64,000 nucleotides of DNA from Trichormus sp. ATA11-4-KO1 (GTDB lineage Bacteria > Cyanobacteriota > Cyanobacteriia > Cyanobacteriales > Nostocaceae), in assembly GCA_019358915.1 (NCBI GenBank), contig JAHHIM010000001.1, positions 32,001 through 96,000 on the forward strand. Direction: 5' to 3'. The notes under the pieces were generated by a model that had not been told where the DNA came from, did no database searches, and saw nothing but the letters and a program-made list of their open reading frames with translations. Below are positions 1 to 10,554 of this stretch, one piece after another. Each line of letters begins with the position of its first letter. The stretch's first letter is position 1. The translations under genes were made by a program, and so were the position numbers.

Positions 1-185
1 AGTTTAAGGCAATTCGAGGAGCTTATGAGGCAGTTCGTAAAGGAGAAACAACTCAACATGAGGATTTCTTAAAATTTCGTCCACTAGAAGCAGAACTGAA
101 TCCAGAGATATTAAAACAGGTGCGAGAAAAAGCGCTTGCTCAACTAGAAGTTAGCCTGGATGATTTAATTCGTGCCACATTTTAA
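1..185 (+). CDS. J-domain (DnaJ-like) protein, 3' part only (runs off window start)
   Basis: Frame from nt 3 reads FKAIRGAYEAVRKG...LIRATF* (TAA 183-185). F..I..AYE resembles J-domain helix III, and it lies directly upstream of grpE-like and hsp70 genes. The HPD motif would lie outside the window. Confidence 0.6.
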   Translation, partial: FKAIRGAYEAVRKGETTQHEDFLKFRPLEAELNPEILKQVREKALAQLEVSLDDLIRATF

Positions 186-296
186 ATAATTCGTAACGGG
201 CTACGCTCTAAGCAAAGCTATGCCGCAGGCTTTACGTAATTCGTAATTGTTAGTTACTGATTTTTCTAATGTCCGCTAACTATTGACCAATGACTA

Positions 297-1064
297 ATGA
301 CTAATGACAAAGAAGCTTTATTTGCCAAATTTCTAGATTATTTACACTCAGAACAACCACTCCCTGAATATCTGGGTGAACCACCAGAATCCGCTAATTC
401 CTTTGACCCCTATCAAATGGTGGCAGAATGGACTGCCCTGCGCCATGAAGTTAAGCAACAGGGTAAACTATTGCGTTCTACTCAAGATGCTCTTGTGCAA
501 GCATTGGAAGTAACTCGCGCAGATAAAGAACAGTTGCAAATACGTCTGGAAGAAAGCCAAAAACAGGCATGGGGACAATTTGAGCAGCAGCAGGAGAAAC
601 TGTTAAAAGATTTGCTGGGTATCCTGGATGCTTTAGATCAGGCTTGTACTTACTGGCAAGAGGAAATAGAAGCATTATCTGCTACCTCAAAACCAAAACC
701 AGCAACACAAAAAAGCTTCTGGGAGAAACTAGGACAATGGTTTCCTGGCAAGGAAGCTCAGTCAATAGTGTCTGAAAAATCACTAACATCATCAGATTTA
801 AGTGAAATTTTAACCAGCAACCAACAGGGTGTGGAGTTAATTAGGCGATCTCTTTTAGAGTTACTACAACAACGGCGTGTTGTTCCGATTACATCTATGG
901 GAAAACCTTTTGATTCCCAGACAATGTATGCTGTGGGACGTGAGTCTAGAACAGATGTTACAGACAATACCGTAATTCAGGAAATAGTACGGGGTTATTT
1001 ATGGGGCGAACGCGTTCTGAGGGAAGCACAGGTGATTGTAGCGGCACAAGGGACTCTTGATTAG
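297..1064 (+). CDS. grpE: GrpE-like nucleotide exchange factor
   Basis: Coiled-coil N-part, LL.ILDAL, and C-terminal GKPFD...QEIVRGYLWGERVLREAQVIV typical of GrpE; adjacent to Hsp70. Confidence 0.85.
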   Translation: MTNDKEALFAKFLDYLHSEQPLPEYLGEPPESANSFDPYQMVAEWTALRHEVKQQGKLLRSTQDALVQALEVTRADKEQLQIRLEESQKQAWGQFEQQQEKLLKDLLGILDALDQACTYWQEEIEALSATSKPKPATQKSFWEKLGQWFPGKEAQSIVSEKSLTSSDLSEILTSNQQGVELIRRSLLELLQQRRVVPITSMGKPFDSQTMYAVGRESRTDVTDNTVIQEIVRGYLWGERVLREAQVIVAAQGTLD

Positions 1065-1113
1065 GGACGCTGGGGCTGGGGAAATTAGTGCAGTTTACTT
1101 TTAATGGAATTTT

Positions 1114-2874
1114 ATGAAAGCAGTTGGTATTGACTTAGGCACAACAAATTCCGAAGTGGCGATTGTCGAAAACGGACAGGTGCGGGTATTGCCAGGCGAA
1201 GATGGCGACTTAATTTTACCTTCCTGTGTGGGATTTAGCGATACGGGAAAACTACTAGTGGGGCGTGAAGCACTCCGTCAGTATGCAGCAGCACCTGAAC
1301 GTACCGTGAAGTCAATTAAGCGGTGGATGGGAACTGACCACAAAACCACTTTAGGAGACAAAGAATACTTACCTCACGAAGTTTCTGCTATTATTCTCCG
1401 CGCCCTGAAACAACGGGCTGAAAATGCTTTGGGAGAAACAATTACCCAAGCAGTGATTACGGTTCCAGCCTACTTTACGGACGCTCAACGGCAGGCAACT
1501 AAAACTGCTGGCGAGATAGCTGGTTTGGAGGTACTGCAAATTATCAACGAACCAACGGCGGCGGCTTTAGCTTATGATTTACGCTCCGAAGAGACGGAAC
1601 GAGTTGTAGTTTATGACTTGGGAGGTGGTACTTTTGATGTGTCGGTAGTTGAAATTACGGGTGAAGTTACAGAAGTACTAGCTAGTCATGGTAATAACCG
1701 CTTAGGTGGAGACGATTTCGACAGACTTTTGCAACTGCATCTGGCAGATTTATTCCGCAAACAGCATGGTGTCGATGTGCCAGATGATGCGGCTACCCAG
1801 GTGCGTCTCCTGAGAGCAGCAGAGCAGTTAAAAATTGACCTGAGTTCCCATGCTTTTGCCACAGTCCGGGAAGCCTTTTTAGGTAGTAAAGGCAAGACGG
1901 CACTACATCTGGAGACAGAAGTAGCACGAGCAGATTTTGAAAAATTGATTCGCCCACTATTGGCAGAAACCCTAGAGGCAATTGACCGCGCACTAACAGA
2001 CGCCAGCCTAGAACCCAATGAGATTGACCGGATTATCCTAGTTGGTGGTTCTACACGCATTCCTCTAGTACAACAAATGATCCAAGAGCATCTGGGACAA
2101 AACCCCACTGATGGCATTCAACCAGACCTTTGTGTAGCATTAGGAGCAGCTTTACAAGCTGGGGTACTGGTAGGTGAATCAGTGGATGCGATTCTTGTAG
2201 ATGTGATTCCCCATTCCCTGGGCATTGCTGCGGCTGTGCCTACACCAATGGGTATTATGCCAGGTTACTTCAGTGTGATTATTCCCCGCAACAGCGTTGT
2301 TCCCGTTTCTCGCTCTCATGTTTATTCCACTTTGTTTGATGAACAAGAAGTGGTAGAAATCGAAGTTTTTCAGGGAGAAAATGCGGTTGCTGAAGAAAAT
2401 GTTCCTCTAGGTTCCTTTAGAGTAGAGAACTTACCACCCAAACCAGCCGGAGGTATTGAAGTCGAGGTTCACTTTGACTTTGACCTAAATGGCATTCTCA
2501 CTGTCACCACTACTGAGAAAGGCAAAGGGCAACAAGGAACGCTAGTAGTAAATAATGCAGGTATCAAGAAACTTTCTAGCCATGAATTGAAGCAAGCAAG
2601 GGCAGATTTAGAGGCATTGTTTGACAGTGATGAAACAATTGAAATCTCAAGCGAAGAGACAAGCTCTGTAGTAGAAATCGCTCCAGAATTAGCAGCACTT
2701 TTAGACCGCGCGGGGCAAGCACTTCTTACGGTAGACTCTGAACAAGCTCTTGAATTACAAGACTTATTAGGACAGATTGAAAATGCGATCGCTAACAATA
2801 ATCCAGAACTACCCCAGTTAAAAGAAGAACTCTCAGATTTTCTTTACTACGCAATTTCCAATGAGTCAGAGTGA
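1114..2874 (+). CDS. Hsp70/DnaK-family chaperone (specialised paralogue)
   Basis: GIDLGTTNS, AVITVPAYF, NEPTAAAL, DLGGGTFDVS and LVGGSTRIP motifs; divergent, short C-terminal lid. Confidence 0.95.
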   Translation: MKAVGIDLGTTNSEVAIVENGQVRVLPGEDGDLILPSCVGFSDTGKLLVGREALRQYAAAPERTVKSIKRWMGTDHKTTLGDKEYLPHEVSAIILRALKQRAENALGETITQAVITVPAYFTDAQRQATKTAGEIAGLEVLQIINEPTAAALAYDLRSEETERVVVYDLGGGTFDVSVVEITGEVTEVLASHGNNRLGGDDFDRLLQLHLADLFRKQHGVDVPDDAATQVRLLRAAEQLKIDLSSHAFATVREAFLGSKGKTALHLETEVARADFEKLIRPLLAETLEAIDRALTDASLEPNEIDRIILVGGSTRIPLVQQMIQEHLGQNPTDGIQPDLCVALGAALQAGVLVGESVDAILVDVIPHSLGIAAAVPTPMGIMPGYFSVIIPRNSVVPVSRSHVYSTLFDEQEVVEIEVFQGENAVAEENVPLGSFRVENLPPKPAGGIEVEVHFDFDLNGILTVTTTEKGKGQQGTLVVNNAGIKKLSSHELKQARADLEALFDSDETIEISSEETSSVVEIAPELAALLDRAGQALLTVDSEQALELQDLLGQIENAIANNNPELPQLKEELSDFLYYAISNESE

Positions 2875-2880
2875 GAAATC

Positions 2881-3354
2881 ATGAAATGTCCTGTCTGTGG
2901 TGCAGTTTATCGTCCAATAAAGGGGAGCAGAGTCGGGATTGAGCAGCATAATAAGCATAATAATGATTATAAGGAAGAAACTGCTACCATATCTGCCTCA
3001 TCTTCCCCATCTCCCTTACTCAGCACTGCTTCTTCCTCCCCAACTTGCAGACGCTGCAAAGTAGACTTGTCTGACTTGTTCCGTCTGCACGACCAAGCCA
3101 TCTGGTATCACAGACAAGCAATACATTTATTGACACAAGGACGTTATCCAGAGGCTGCAGCGCACAATAATCAAGCTCTAGTTTTGTATTACAGCAATGC
3201 AGACTTCCATACCTTGGCGGGTAAATTATCGGCATTGCAAGGAAAATGGAGAGAAGCAATCTCATCTTGGCAACAAGCACTCAAGTTTGATCCACAAAAT
3301 GTCATTGCTTCTAATTGTCTGCAAATGATTGAGCTAATGACAAAAAATTGTTAA
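2881..3354 (+). CDS. Zinc-ribbon (CxxC...CxxC) plus TPR protein
   Basis: CPVC and CRRC motifs, then TPR-like helices (GRYPEAA..., GKWREAISSWQQALKFDPQN); 6 nt after hsp70. Confidence 0.75.
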   Translation: MKCPVCGAVYRPIKGSRVGIEQHNKHNNDYKEETATISASSSPSPLLSTASSSPTCRRCKVDLSDLFRLHDQAIWYHRQAIHLLTQGRYPEAAAHNNQALVLYYSNADFHTLAGKLSALQGKWREAISSWQQALKFDPQNVIASNCLQMIELMTKNC

Positions 3355-3689
3355 TAAATGCAGGTTTCAAAATGTTACGACATAATACCGTGCGCTACAC
3401 GCAAATTTCACCGCAACGGTTTGAGTCTTTTGAGTTATTAAAGGTTTATTGTCATCGCGCTCCACTGTAATTTGTAGTACTTTGTAAGTACCATCTTTAA
3501 TATCAATGGTTGTGCGATGAATGGCACTAAGAAAAGCGAAAAGGTATGCAGGATAAGGACTACAGCTTTTAAAGCTATTGAAGAATGAAGGGAAGGGTTT
3601 TAGTCCACCGCAGGCGATCGCAAAAATTTTCGGTCTACTGAAGTTGCATTTGCGTTTTTGACAATCAACAGCCTAGAGGAGATATTGTA

Positions 3690-4199
3690 ATGACTTTTGA
3701 AAGAAAGGTAGCAGGAATCTTTAATATGAGCGAAACCACTTGGGAACGTCATGCCAATCCCTGGAGTGGGTGGACACGTATCATTACTGGGCTACCGTTT
3801 CTGATACTGGCTTTTTGGAGTCGAATTTGGCTTGGTTGGTGGGCACTGATTCCTATTGCTATCGTAGTTCTTTGGATATGGTTAAACCCACGCATCTTTC
3901 CTAAACCACGTTCAACCAACAATTGGGTTTCAAAATCGGTTCTAGGCGAACGAGTTTGGTTGAACCGTGACAAAATTTCAGTACCCCAGCATCATCGTCG
4001 TGTACCTAACATTCTCTCTGCTATTTCTGCTTTAGGTGGAGTTTTGGTGATTTGGGGCTTAGTTACTCTCAATATCTGGATTACACTGCTCGGAACCACC
4101 TCACACTACTCTGGCAAATTATGGTATCTGGATCGCATGGTTTGGCTTTATGAAGAGATGAAAGAGACAAACGCAGATTATCGGAGTTGGCTATATTAA
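3690..4199 (+). CDS. Conserved membrane protein (DUF6653-like)
   Basis: WERHANPWSGWTR motif, several TM segments, GAGGAG RBS upstream. Confidence 0.7.
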   Translation: MTFERKVAGIFNMSETTWERHANPWSGWTRIITGLPFLILAFWSRIWLGWWALIPIAIVVLWIWLNPRIFPKPRSTNNWVSKSVLGERVWLNRDKISVPQHHRRVPNILSAISALGGVLVIWGLVTLNIWITLLGTTSHYSGKLWYLDRMVWLYEEMKETNADYRSWLY

Positions 4200-4262
4200 A
4201 GCGGTAGTCTAAGCTCGACTTTATCCATTTTTACGAAACGGAGAGCGATTTTTTTCGGGTGA

Positions 4263-4520
4263 ACAGTAGATATTCACTGCCAAAATCAGGTATATAACAA
4301 TGCGAGCACCTATATGGTAGTTAACAAGCTAGCAGAAGAAATTGCACCAAATGACTGGTACTTTAATGTAGTTCTGCGCGGTGCTGTCACCTGTGGACTA
4401 CCAGAGGAATATTGCTGGCATTTGTTTAATCATATGTACCAATTGCAACAGCGTCATCAAGAACAGCAAATCATGCGATCGGCTGAGCAATTATCAGTAC
4501 AACTAATTATCCAAACCTGA
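4263..4520 (+). pseudogene. C-terminal remnant of a gamma-glutamylcyclotransferase-like gene
   Basis: Frame TVDIHCQNQVYNNASTYMVVNKLAEEIAPNDWYFNVVLRGAVTCGLPEEY resembles the GGCT C-terminus (P...Y...++.GA...GLP.EY). Preceded by in-frame TGA at 4260-4262; N-terminal half absent. Confidence 0.55.
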
Positions 4521-4650
4521 TATAAAATATCAGAAAACCCCAAGCTAGATTTAGCTGAGGTTTTAAGGCTATTTTCTATTAAATAGTCATAAGATTTAAC
4601 TTTTTTTGCTTCCTGGATTCAGGAGCCAAAAAGAATCAATCTAGACTTAT

Positions 4651-4953
4651 TTAGTAACGGCTACGGAAATTACCGCCGCCACGGTTACCACCAAAGGAAC
4701 CTCTATTATCTTCTCTGGGCTTAGCCTTATTCACTTTCAGGTCACGTCCCATCCATTCAGCACCATCAAGAGCTTCAATGGCTGCTGTTTCTTCATCATC
4801 TGTACCCATTTCAACAAATCCAAAACCGCGTAGTTGTCCTGTTTCGCGGTTAGTAGGTAGTTGAACGCGTTTTACAGAACCATATTCTGCAAAAACAGCA
4901 CTTAAAGTATCTTGTGTAACTTCGTAAGAGAGGTTGCCTACATAAACTGACAT
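4651..4953 (-). CDS. rbp: RRM RNA-binding protein with Gly-rich tail (cyanobacterial Rbp family)
   Basis: RNP2 VYVGNL, RNP1 RGFGFVEM, Gly-rich C-terminus. Confidence 0.95.
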   Translation of the reverse strand: MSVYVGNLSYEVTQDTLSAVFAEYGSVKRVQLPTNRETGQLRGFGFVEMGTDDEETAAIEALDGAEWMGRDLKVNKAKPREDNRGSFGGNRGGGNFRSRY

Positions 4954-5090
4954 AGATTTTCTCCAAAATCGTAAGAGTGTAGAGATTTCGATTTCGGGGA
5001 AAAGTCTGTAAATACCAAAAGGAAAGAGCCTGTCAATACTAAAAACAAAAGCTGTCCGCCGAATAAATTCTCACTCTCCTACTATGACAC
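4954..5090 (-). promoter_or_regulatory. Conserved rbp 5' leader (cold-regulation boxes)
   Basis: Strongly similar to 55801-55935 (TTCGGCGG, TTTGTTTTTAGTATTGACAGGC, TTCCCCGAA, TTTTGGAGA RBS on the minus strand). Confidence 0.7.
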
Positions 5091-5341
5091 AGCGGCCAAG
5101 GATTAGGGAGGAAGTGGGAAAAATTGTTATAAAAATACACATTATCCCAAGTTGCGATAATTTGCCGTCACTTGATGGCTGAAAGTACCATGAAAATAAG
5201 ATTTCCGAAAAAATCAGCCTCAAGTTATGAGCGATCGCCGAGTAAATTGGCAAAAACTCGCATGTTCACATAAATTTCGTGGTGAGTTTAATTAGCAGTA
5301 GCTACGTCCAGACCAAACACACCAGGGCAGCGAAGAAGCAA

Positions 5342-6331
5342 CTACAATGTGATCACAACTTTTCCCACTGCTTGACCAGACTCTGTGTGACGGTGAGCTT
5401 CTGCAATTTCAGCCAAACTAAATATCTGAAAATCAAGTAATGGACGTAGTTTTTTTTCATCTACCAATTGAGCTAATTTCCAGAGAATTTCTCCGTGATG
5501 GCTGCGACCTACACCGTATAGCATTGGAATCAACATGTAGACCAAGTGTAGTGTTAGTCCTTTGGCATGGAGCAATGTTAAATCCTGTTTTGAAATGGAA
5601 ACTAAAGAAACAACTGTTCCATTCAATCTTGCAGCTTTAAATGCATTCTGAAGATTATCATTACCTACAGTATCAAACACCACATCAAAACCTTGTCCAT
5701 CGGTGAATTCTGCCACAAATTCCTCAACTGGCTGTTGACGGTAGTTGATAGCGAAGTCAGCCCCAATTTTGTTGGCAATTATCGCCTTTTCATCACTAGA
5801 AATCAGTGCATATACCGTTGCACCTACCCACTTTGCCAGTTGAACCACAATGTGACCGACACCCCCGGTTGCTCCGTAAACCAAAACTTTTTGTCTAGGC
5901 TGAACCTGAGCGCGGTCAATTAATCCTTCCCAAGCCGTAATTGAAACTAAAGGTAGTGCAGCTGCTTCTGCCATAGTTAGTGACTTTGGTTTGAAAGCAA
6001 CTAAATTGTTGTCAGCAAGCATATACTCTGCTAAAGCTCCGCCCAATCCTTTTACACCACCAGCACAAGCATAGACTTCATCCCCAGCCTTGAAGCGATG
6101 AACTCCTTCTCCCACTGCTTCAATAACCCCAGCCACATCTCCATGCAGAATAGCTGGAAAATTAGGGGTAATATCCCCTAAAATGCCTTGTCGTATTTTC
6201 AAGTCAACTTGATTTACACTTGTTGCGGCCACTCGAATCAGGACATGATTAGGAAGAACTTCTGGAATAGGCAAATCTGCCTGTTGAAAAATATTTGGTT
6301 CGCCAAATTTCTCAATTACCCAAGCTTTCAT
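5342..6331 (-). CDS. NADPH:quinone oxidoreductase / MDR-family oxidoreductase
   Basis: MKAW start (ATG at 6331 preferred over 6373), GDVAGVIE, YGATGGVGH Rossmann motif, GKVVI end. Confidence 0.9.
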   Translation of the reverse strand: MKAWVIEKFGEPNIFQQADLPIPEVLPNHVLIRVAATSVNQVDLKIRQGILGDITPNFPAILHGDVAGVIEAVGEGVHRFKAGDEVYACAGGVKGLGGALAEYMLADNNLVAFKPKSLTMAEAAALPLVSITAWEGLIDRAQVQPRQKVLVYGATGGVGHIVVQLAKWVGATVYALISSDEKAIIANKIGADFAINYRQQPVEEFVAEFTDGQGFDVVFDTVGNDNLQNAFKAARLNGTVVSLVSISKQDLTLLHAKGLTLHLVYMLIPMLYGVGRSHHGEILWKLAQLVDEKKLRPLLDFQIFSLAEIAEAHRHTESGQAVGKVVITL

Positions 6332-6396
6332 AGTCTTGCTTATCTGTAGAAACCTACATTTATTAAGTATCATTGCAGTATTCCCGCTTAAAAGGA

Positions 6397-6431
6397 TTTA
6401 CACAAAAGTGCAATACTTACTTTTTGGTAAA
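6397..6431. promoter_or_regulatory. Putative HxlR-family operator (inverted repeat)
   Basis: TTTACACAAAAGT-N9-ACTTTTTGGTAAA imperfect palindrome between the divergent oxidoreductase and regulator. Confidence 0.5.
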
Positions 6432-6432
6432 C

Positions 6433-6885
6433 ATGACTCCGAATCTTGATTTCGACAACTGTCAACTGAGTTATCCACCTCAACCAGCCCTTGAGCGGAT
6501 CGCGAAAATGAACATCTTCGACACAAGTTGTGCAGGGCATCAGATGCTGGAACACATTGCCAATAAATGGACAATTTTGATTATCTATGCTTTGACACAA
6601 GGGAAGAAAAGATATAGCGAACTCAAGCAACAGATTGTGGGTGTCTCACCTAAAATGTTGATCCAAAATCTCCGAAATTTAGAGCGATGTGGACTGATTA
6701 AGAGAGAGGTCTACCCAACTATTCCTCCACGAGTCGAATACTCACTTACTCCGCTTGGTACTTCTCTTGTAGATCCATTAGCAATACTTGGTGAGTGGGC
6801 GTATCGGCACATTCAAGATGTAAAAACTGCGCTGGAACACTACAACAGCAATCCAAACGCTAATGATTATTGGCAGCCCAAGTAG
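6433..6885 (+). CDS. HxlR-family winged-helix transcriptional regulator
   Basis: C...LEHIANKWTILI, RYSELK, VSPKML...LRNLE, PPRVEYSLTPLG. Start uncertain (6433 or 6508). Confidence 0.9.
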   Translation: MTPNLDFDNCQLSYPPQPALERIAKMNIFDTSCAGHQMLEHIANKWTILIIYALTQGKKRYSELKQQIVGVSPKMLIQNLRNLERCGLIKREVYPTIPPRVEYSLTPLGTSLVDPLAILGEWAYRHIQDVKTALEHYNSNPNANDYWQPK

Positions 6886-6958
6886 CTCACATAATGTAAT
6901 TTTTTACTTGTAGTCAAAATTACAAAACTAGAATAAACATCCTTTGATAAGTGCTGTA

Positions 6959-8356
6959 TCATCCCTTGCTAATCAAATTCGCCATTGCTTGCTGTAGATC
7001 ATTCGTCAAGTCAGCAACAGCTTGCCTGGCACCCAAACGATTCTCTTTATACATTGGGTAACGCTCAGAAACCGATATCGGCTCACCGATGGTAATGTTC
7101 ACCCGTTGCTTACCTAGTTGCGGACGCTGATCAGCTTTATCACCTTTAATCCGAGCAATCATCTTCCATAAAATTAAAGTTGTTTCAGCAAACCTTTCTA
7201 CTGTGGGTTTTTCGCGGATATAGTTGCCGGAAACTGCGACAAAACTTTCTACTAACCGCATGTGCCACATTCGGGAATTGGCTTCATCAGCCACGCGATC
7301 GCCTAACGCTTTCTCCACAGGCGACAATGCTTTGATATCTTTAAATTCTTCTCTAAATATATAATTCCAGCCAGCCTGCTCTACCCGGCGACAGCGATCG
7401 CTCAAATTACCTTTCGGCTGTAAATCAAAGTATTCCTCTGATATTTGTAGCGCTGCATTCAATAAAGCTTGCAAACGCATTGCCAAGACTTCATTGCGAT
7501 CGCTGGTTCCCCCTGCTACAGTTTTGGCATCTGGCAAATTTTGATGGTAGAACCTTGTGTAAAACTGTTCCATCAACAACAGTAAATGTTCTGCTAAATT
7601 TAATAGCCGGGGATAAAGTAACTCCAGAGTAGGACTATCCCCTTGCTTGCCTAAATTCACAGCTAAACCACTAGCGGCTTCTAATTCACTTAAAAGATTA
7701 GCGATCGCTTCCCAAGGAGCTGCAACATAATTATATTTAATCCCAACTGGTACAATTAAAACCTGTTCAGAACGTCCCAGCTTGTGCAAATCTTCCGCAC
7801 ACCAAAAGCCTAATTGGGCGATCCCAGGTTCCAGGGGACTGATAATCTCCGATAAACCATTAGTAGCACCTTCTGGCGCGGCAGCCATAGGAAATTTCCC
7901 GTTGGCGAACAAGTCCCGTGCTGAACGTAACCCTGTCCAATCAGCCTTACCTCGTTGGATGGGGGTAGCACCTAAACGCGAAGCCATCCAGCCAACGTGG
8001 GAACCAGCCCATAGAGGAATGCCGCGATCGTAGATAAAATGAGCATGAATCGGCAGTTGTAGCACTTTACCCTGTCGTGCTACTTTTGGCACGAGTTGAG
8101 AAAACAAATAGCCTAAACAAAATGGATCATCTGTTTTGGGATGGCGAAATGCTAGCAAAAAGCGAATTTTACCTGCTTGAAATTGGCGATAAAGATCCAC
8201 CAAAACTTCTAAGTTGTCTGCTTCAATTTGGGTAATAGCTGTTTGCCAACTGATCCAACTGGGTAGTAACAGATGAACAGCTCTCAGAAATACAGGATTG
8301 AGGGCTGGAGGAATGAATTCTAAAGGTGCTTGTGCTTGATAAAGCATATCTGACAA
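6959..8356 (-). CDS. Phospholipid/glycerol acyltransferase (PlsC-like)
   Basis: RHPKTDD (HxxxxD) and APEG motifs. Confidence 0.85.
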   Translation of the reverse strand: MSDMLYQAQAPLEFIPPALNPVFLRAVHLLLPSWISWQTAITQIEADNLEVLVDLYRQFQAGKIRFLLAFRHPKTDDPFCLGYLFSQLVPKVARQGKVLQLPIHAHFIYDRGIPLWAGSHVGWMASRLGATPIQRGKADWTGLRSARDLFANGKFPMAAAPEGATNGLSEIISPLEPGIAQLGFWCAEDLHKLGRSEQVLIVPVGIKYNYVAAPWEAIANLLSELEAASGLAVNLGKQGDSPTLELLYPRLLNLAEHLLLLMEQFYTRFYHQNLPDAKTVAGGTSDRNEVLAMRLQALLNAALQISEEYFDLQPKGNLSDRCRRVEQAGWNYIFREEFKDIKALSPVEKALGDRVADEANSRMWHMRLVESFVAVSGNYIREKPTVERFAETTLILWKMIARIKGDKADQRPQLGKQRVNITIGEPISVSERYPMYKENRLGARQAVADLTNDLQQAMANLISKG

Positions 8357-8439
8357 GGTTATTTTCTCCTAAAGTTCTAGTAAAAACAGGCAGAAAGCTG
8401 AAGACTATCAGTAACAATGAACAATAAATCACAATTTAT

Positions 8440-8477
8440 ACTTACTTCATACTTCATCCTTAATACTTCATACTTGA
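8440..8477 (+). repeat. Heptamer tandem repeat (TACTTCA-type STRR)
   Basis: tacttca/tacttca/tccttaa/tacttca/tacttga. Confidence 0.7.
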
Positions 8478-8509
8478 GAAATTAGCAATTTTGGAAAGGT
8501 AATATAACG

Positions 8510-10318
8510 ATGCGACTGTCACACATGTTATTCGTCACACTCCGGGATGATCCAGCTGATGCGGAGATTCCCAGCCATAAATTGTTACTCCGTGCAGGTT
8601 ATATTCGTCGCATCGGTAGCGGTATTTATGCTTATTTACCCTTGATGTGGCGGGTACTACAAAAAGTTTCCCAAGTTGTCCGGGAAGAAATGAACGCCAC
8701 AGGCGCACAAGAATGTCTTTTACCGCAGTTACAACCAGCTGACTTATGGAAGGAGTCGGGACGCTGGGATACCTACACTAAAGCTGAGGGCATTATGTTC
8801 TCCCTCATCGACCGCCGTGAACAACAATTAGGATTAGGGCCAACTCATGAAGAAGTAATTACGACAGTTGCTCGTGATATGATTCGCTCTTATCGTCAAT
8901 TGCCTTTACATCTCTACCAAATTCAAACCAAATTCCGTGATGAAATTCGTCCCCGCTTTGGTTTAATGCGCGGACGAGAATTTATCATGAAGGACGGCTA
9001 CTCTTTCCATGTCGATGAAGCTAGCCTCAAAGAAACTTACCAAGATATGTACCAAGCTTATACCAATATGCTGCGGCGTTCTGGTTTAGCTTTTCGAGCA
9101 GTGGAAGCTGATTCTGGTGCAATAGGTGGTTCTGGTTCTACAGAATTTATGGTGTTGGCGGAAGCTGGTGAAGACGAAGTTCTGTACACCGAAGATGGCA
9201 AATATGCTGCCAACGTAGAAAAAGCAGTTTCTTTACCAATTGATGCAGAATCTTCACGGTTCACAACTTATGAGAAACTCGATACACCTGGAACAGAGAC
9301 GATTGAAAAGCTCTGTCAATTCCTCCAGTGTTCTCCCACCCAAGTGGTGAAAAACGTCCTTTACCAAACAGTTTATGACAATGGGATAACGGTGCTGGTT
9401 CTGGTGAGTATTCGAGGTGATCAGGAAGTAAACGAGGTCAAGTTACAGAATGAATTGACTAAATTAGCTGCTAATTATGGTGCTAAAACTATCATTGCCT
9501 TAAATGTACCAAATGCCGAAACCCAACAAACATGGGCAGCTAAATCTCTACCTCTAGGTTACATTGCGCCTGATATTGCAGATGAGTATATTGCTGCCAA
9601 TAAACAGTTCTATTCCCAGTTTGTCCGGTTAGTTGACCAAACAACTGTTGATTTAAAAAACTTCGTGACAGGCGCAAATGAAACTGGCTATCACGTAGTT
9701 GGTGCTAATTGGGGTGAGCAATTTAAACTACCAGGACTAATAGTAGATGTGCGGAAAGCAAGGCCAGGCGATCGCGCTATGCATAACCCCGAACAAACCC
9801 TTGCAACCGCCCGTGGAATAGAAGTTGGGCATATATTTCAACTGGGTACAAAATATTCCCAAGCTATGGGTGCAACGTATACCAATGAACAAGGTGAAGA
9901 AAAACCCCTATTCATGGGTTGCTATGGAGTAGGTGTATCTAGGTTGGCACAATCGGCTGTGGAGCAATCTTACGACAAAGACGGCATTATATGGCCAGTT
10001 GCGATCGCACCTTATCACGCGATCGTCACAATTCCTAACATTAATGATGCTCAACAAGTCACAATTGCCGAAAAACTCTACACTGAACTTAACAAAGCAG
10101 GTGTAGAAACATTACTTGATGACCGTGATGAACGGGCGGGAGTAAAATTCAAAGATGCCGATTTAATTGGTATACCTTACCGAATAGTTACAGGTAGGGC
10201 GATTAACAATGGTAAAGTCGAAGTAGTCAAACGCGCCACCCGTGAAATCCAAGAAATAGCCATTGAGGCAGTTATCAATACACTGCAACAATGGATTAAA
10301 GAAGCAATAGAAGCATAA
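8510..10318 (+). CDS. proS: Prolyl-tRNA synthetase
   Basis: [39 protein letters not shown] and MGCYGVG motifs; editing insertion domain. Confidence 0.98.
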   Translation: MRLSHMLFVTLRDDPADAEIPSHKLLLRAGYIRRIGSGIYAYLPLMWRVLQKVSQVVREEMNATGAQECLLPQLQPADLWKESGRWDTYTKAEGIMFSLIDRREQQLGLGPTHEEVITTVARDMIRSYRQLPLHLYQIQTKFRDEIRPRFGLMRGREFIMKDGYSFHVDEASLKETYQDMYQAYTNMLRRSGLAFRAVEADSGAIGGSGSTEFMVLAEAGEDEVLYTEDGKYAANVEKAVSLPIDAESSRFTTYEKLDTPGTETIEKLCQFLQCSPTQVVKNVLYQTVYDNGITVLVLVSIRGDQEVNEVKLQNELTKLAANYGAKTIIALNVPNAETQQTWAAKSLPLGYIAPDIADEYIAANKQFYSQFVRLVDQTTVDLKNFVTGANETGYHVVGANWGEQFKLPGLIVDVRKARPGDRAMHNPEQTLATARGIEVGHIFQLGTKYSQAMGATYTNEQGEEKPLFMGCYGVGVSRLAQSAVEQSYDKDGIIWPVAIAPYHAIVTIPNINDAQQVTIAEKLYTELNKAGVETLLDDRDERAGVKFKDADLIGIPYRIVTGRAINNGKVEVVKRATREIQEIAIEAVINTLQQWIKEAIEA

Positions 10319-10334
10319 AACACAACTCTTGTGA

Positions 10335-10399
10335 GGCAGGCAGCATATGGCTACGCCACGCGAGCTATCGACTAAGCTCACGCCAAGTCTTGCCTGCCA
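10335..10399. repeat. Hairpin repeat with nested small dispersed repeats
   Basis: Outer GGCAGGCA...TGCCTGCC encloses GGCTACGCCACGCGAGCTATC and GACTAAGCTCACGCCAAGTC units. Confidence 0.6.
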
Positions 10400-10554
10400 T
10401 AAATACGCCTTAGGGACTGGGTTTTTATCACTCACCCTGATAGAGATAGAATTATACCGATTTTTCATCCTTAAGTTTCTGGTTTTGCGAAGTTAATTTT
10501 TTCATAATAGCAACAGCTTTTCCGCAGTCAAGGAATGAAAACACAAGGAGAAAG

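Noticed and set aside
3370..3680. Open minus-strand frame (...SAIHRTTIDIKDGTYKVLQITVERDDNKPL...)
   Set aside because: No in-frame start codon and no family I can recognise; possibly a gene remnant but unsupported.
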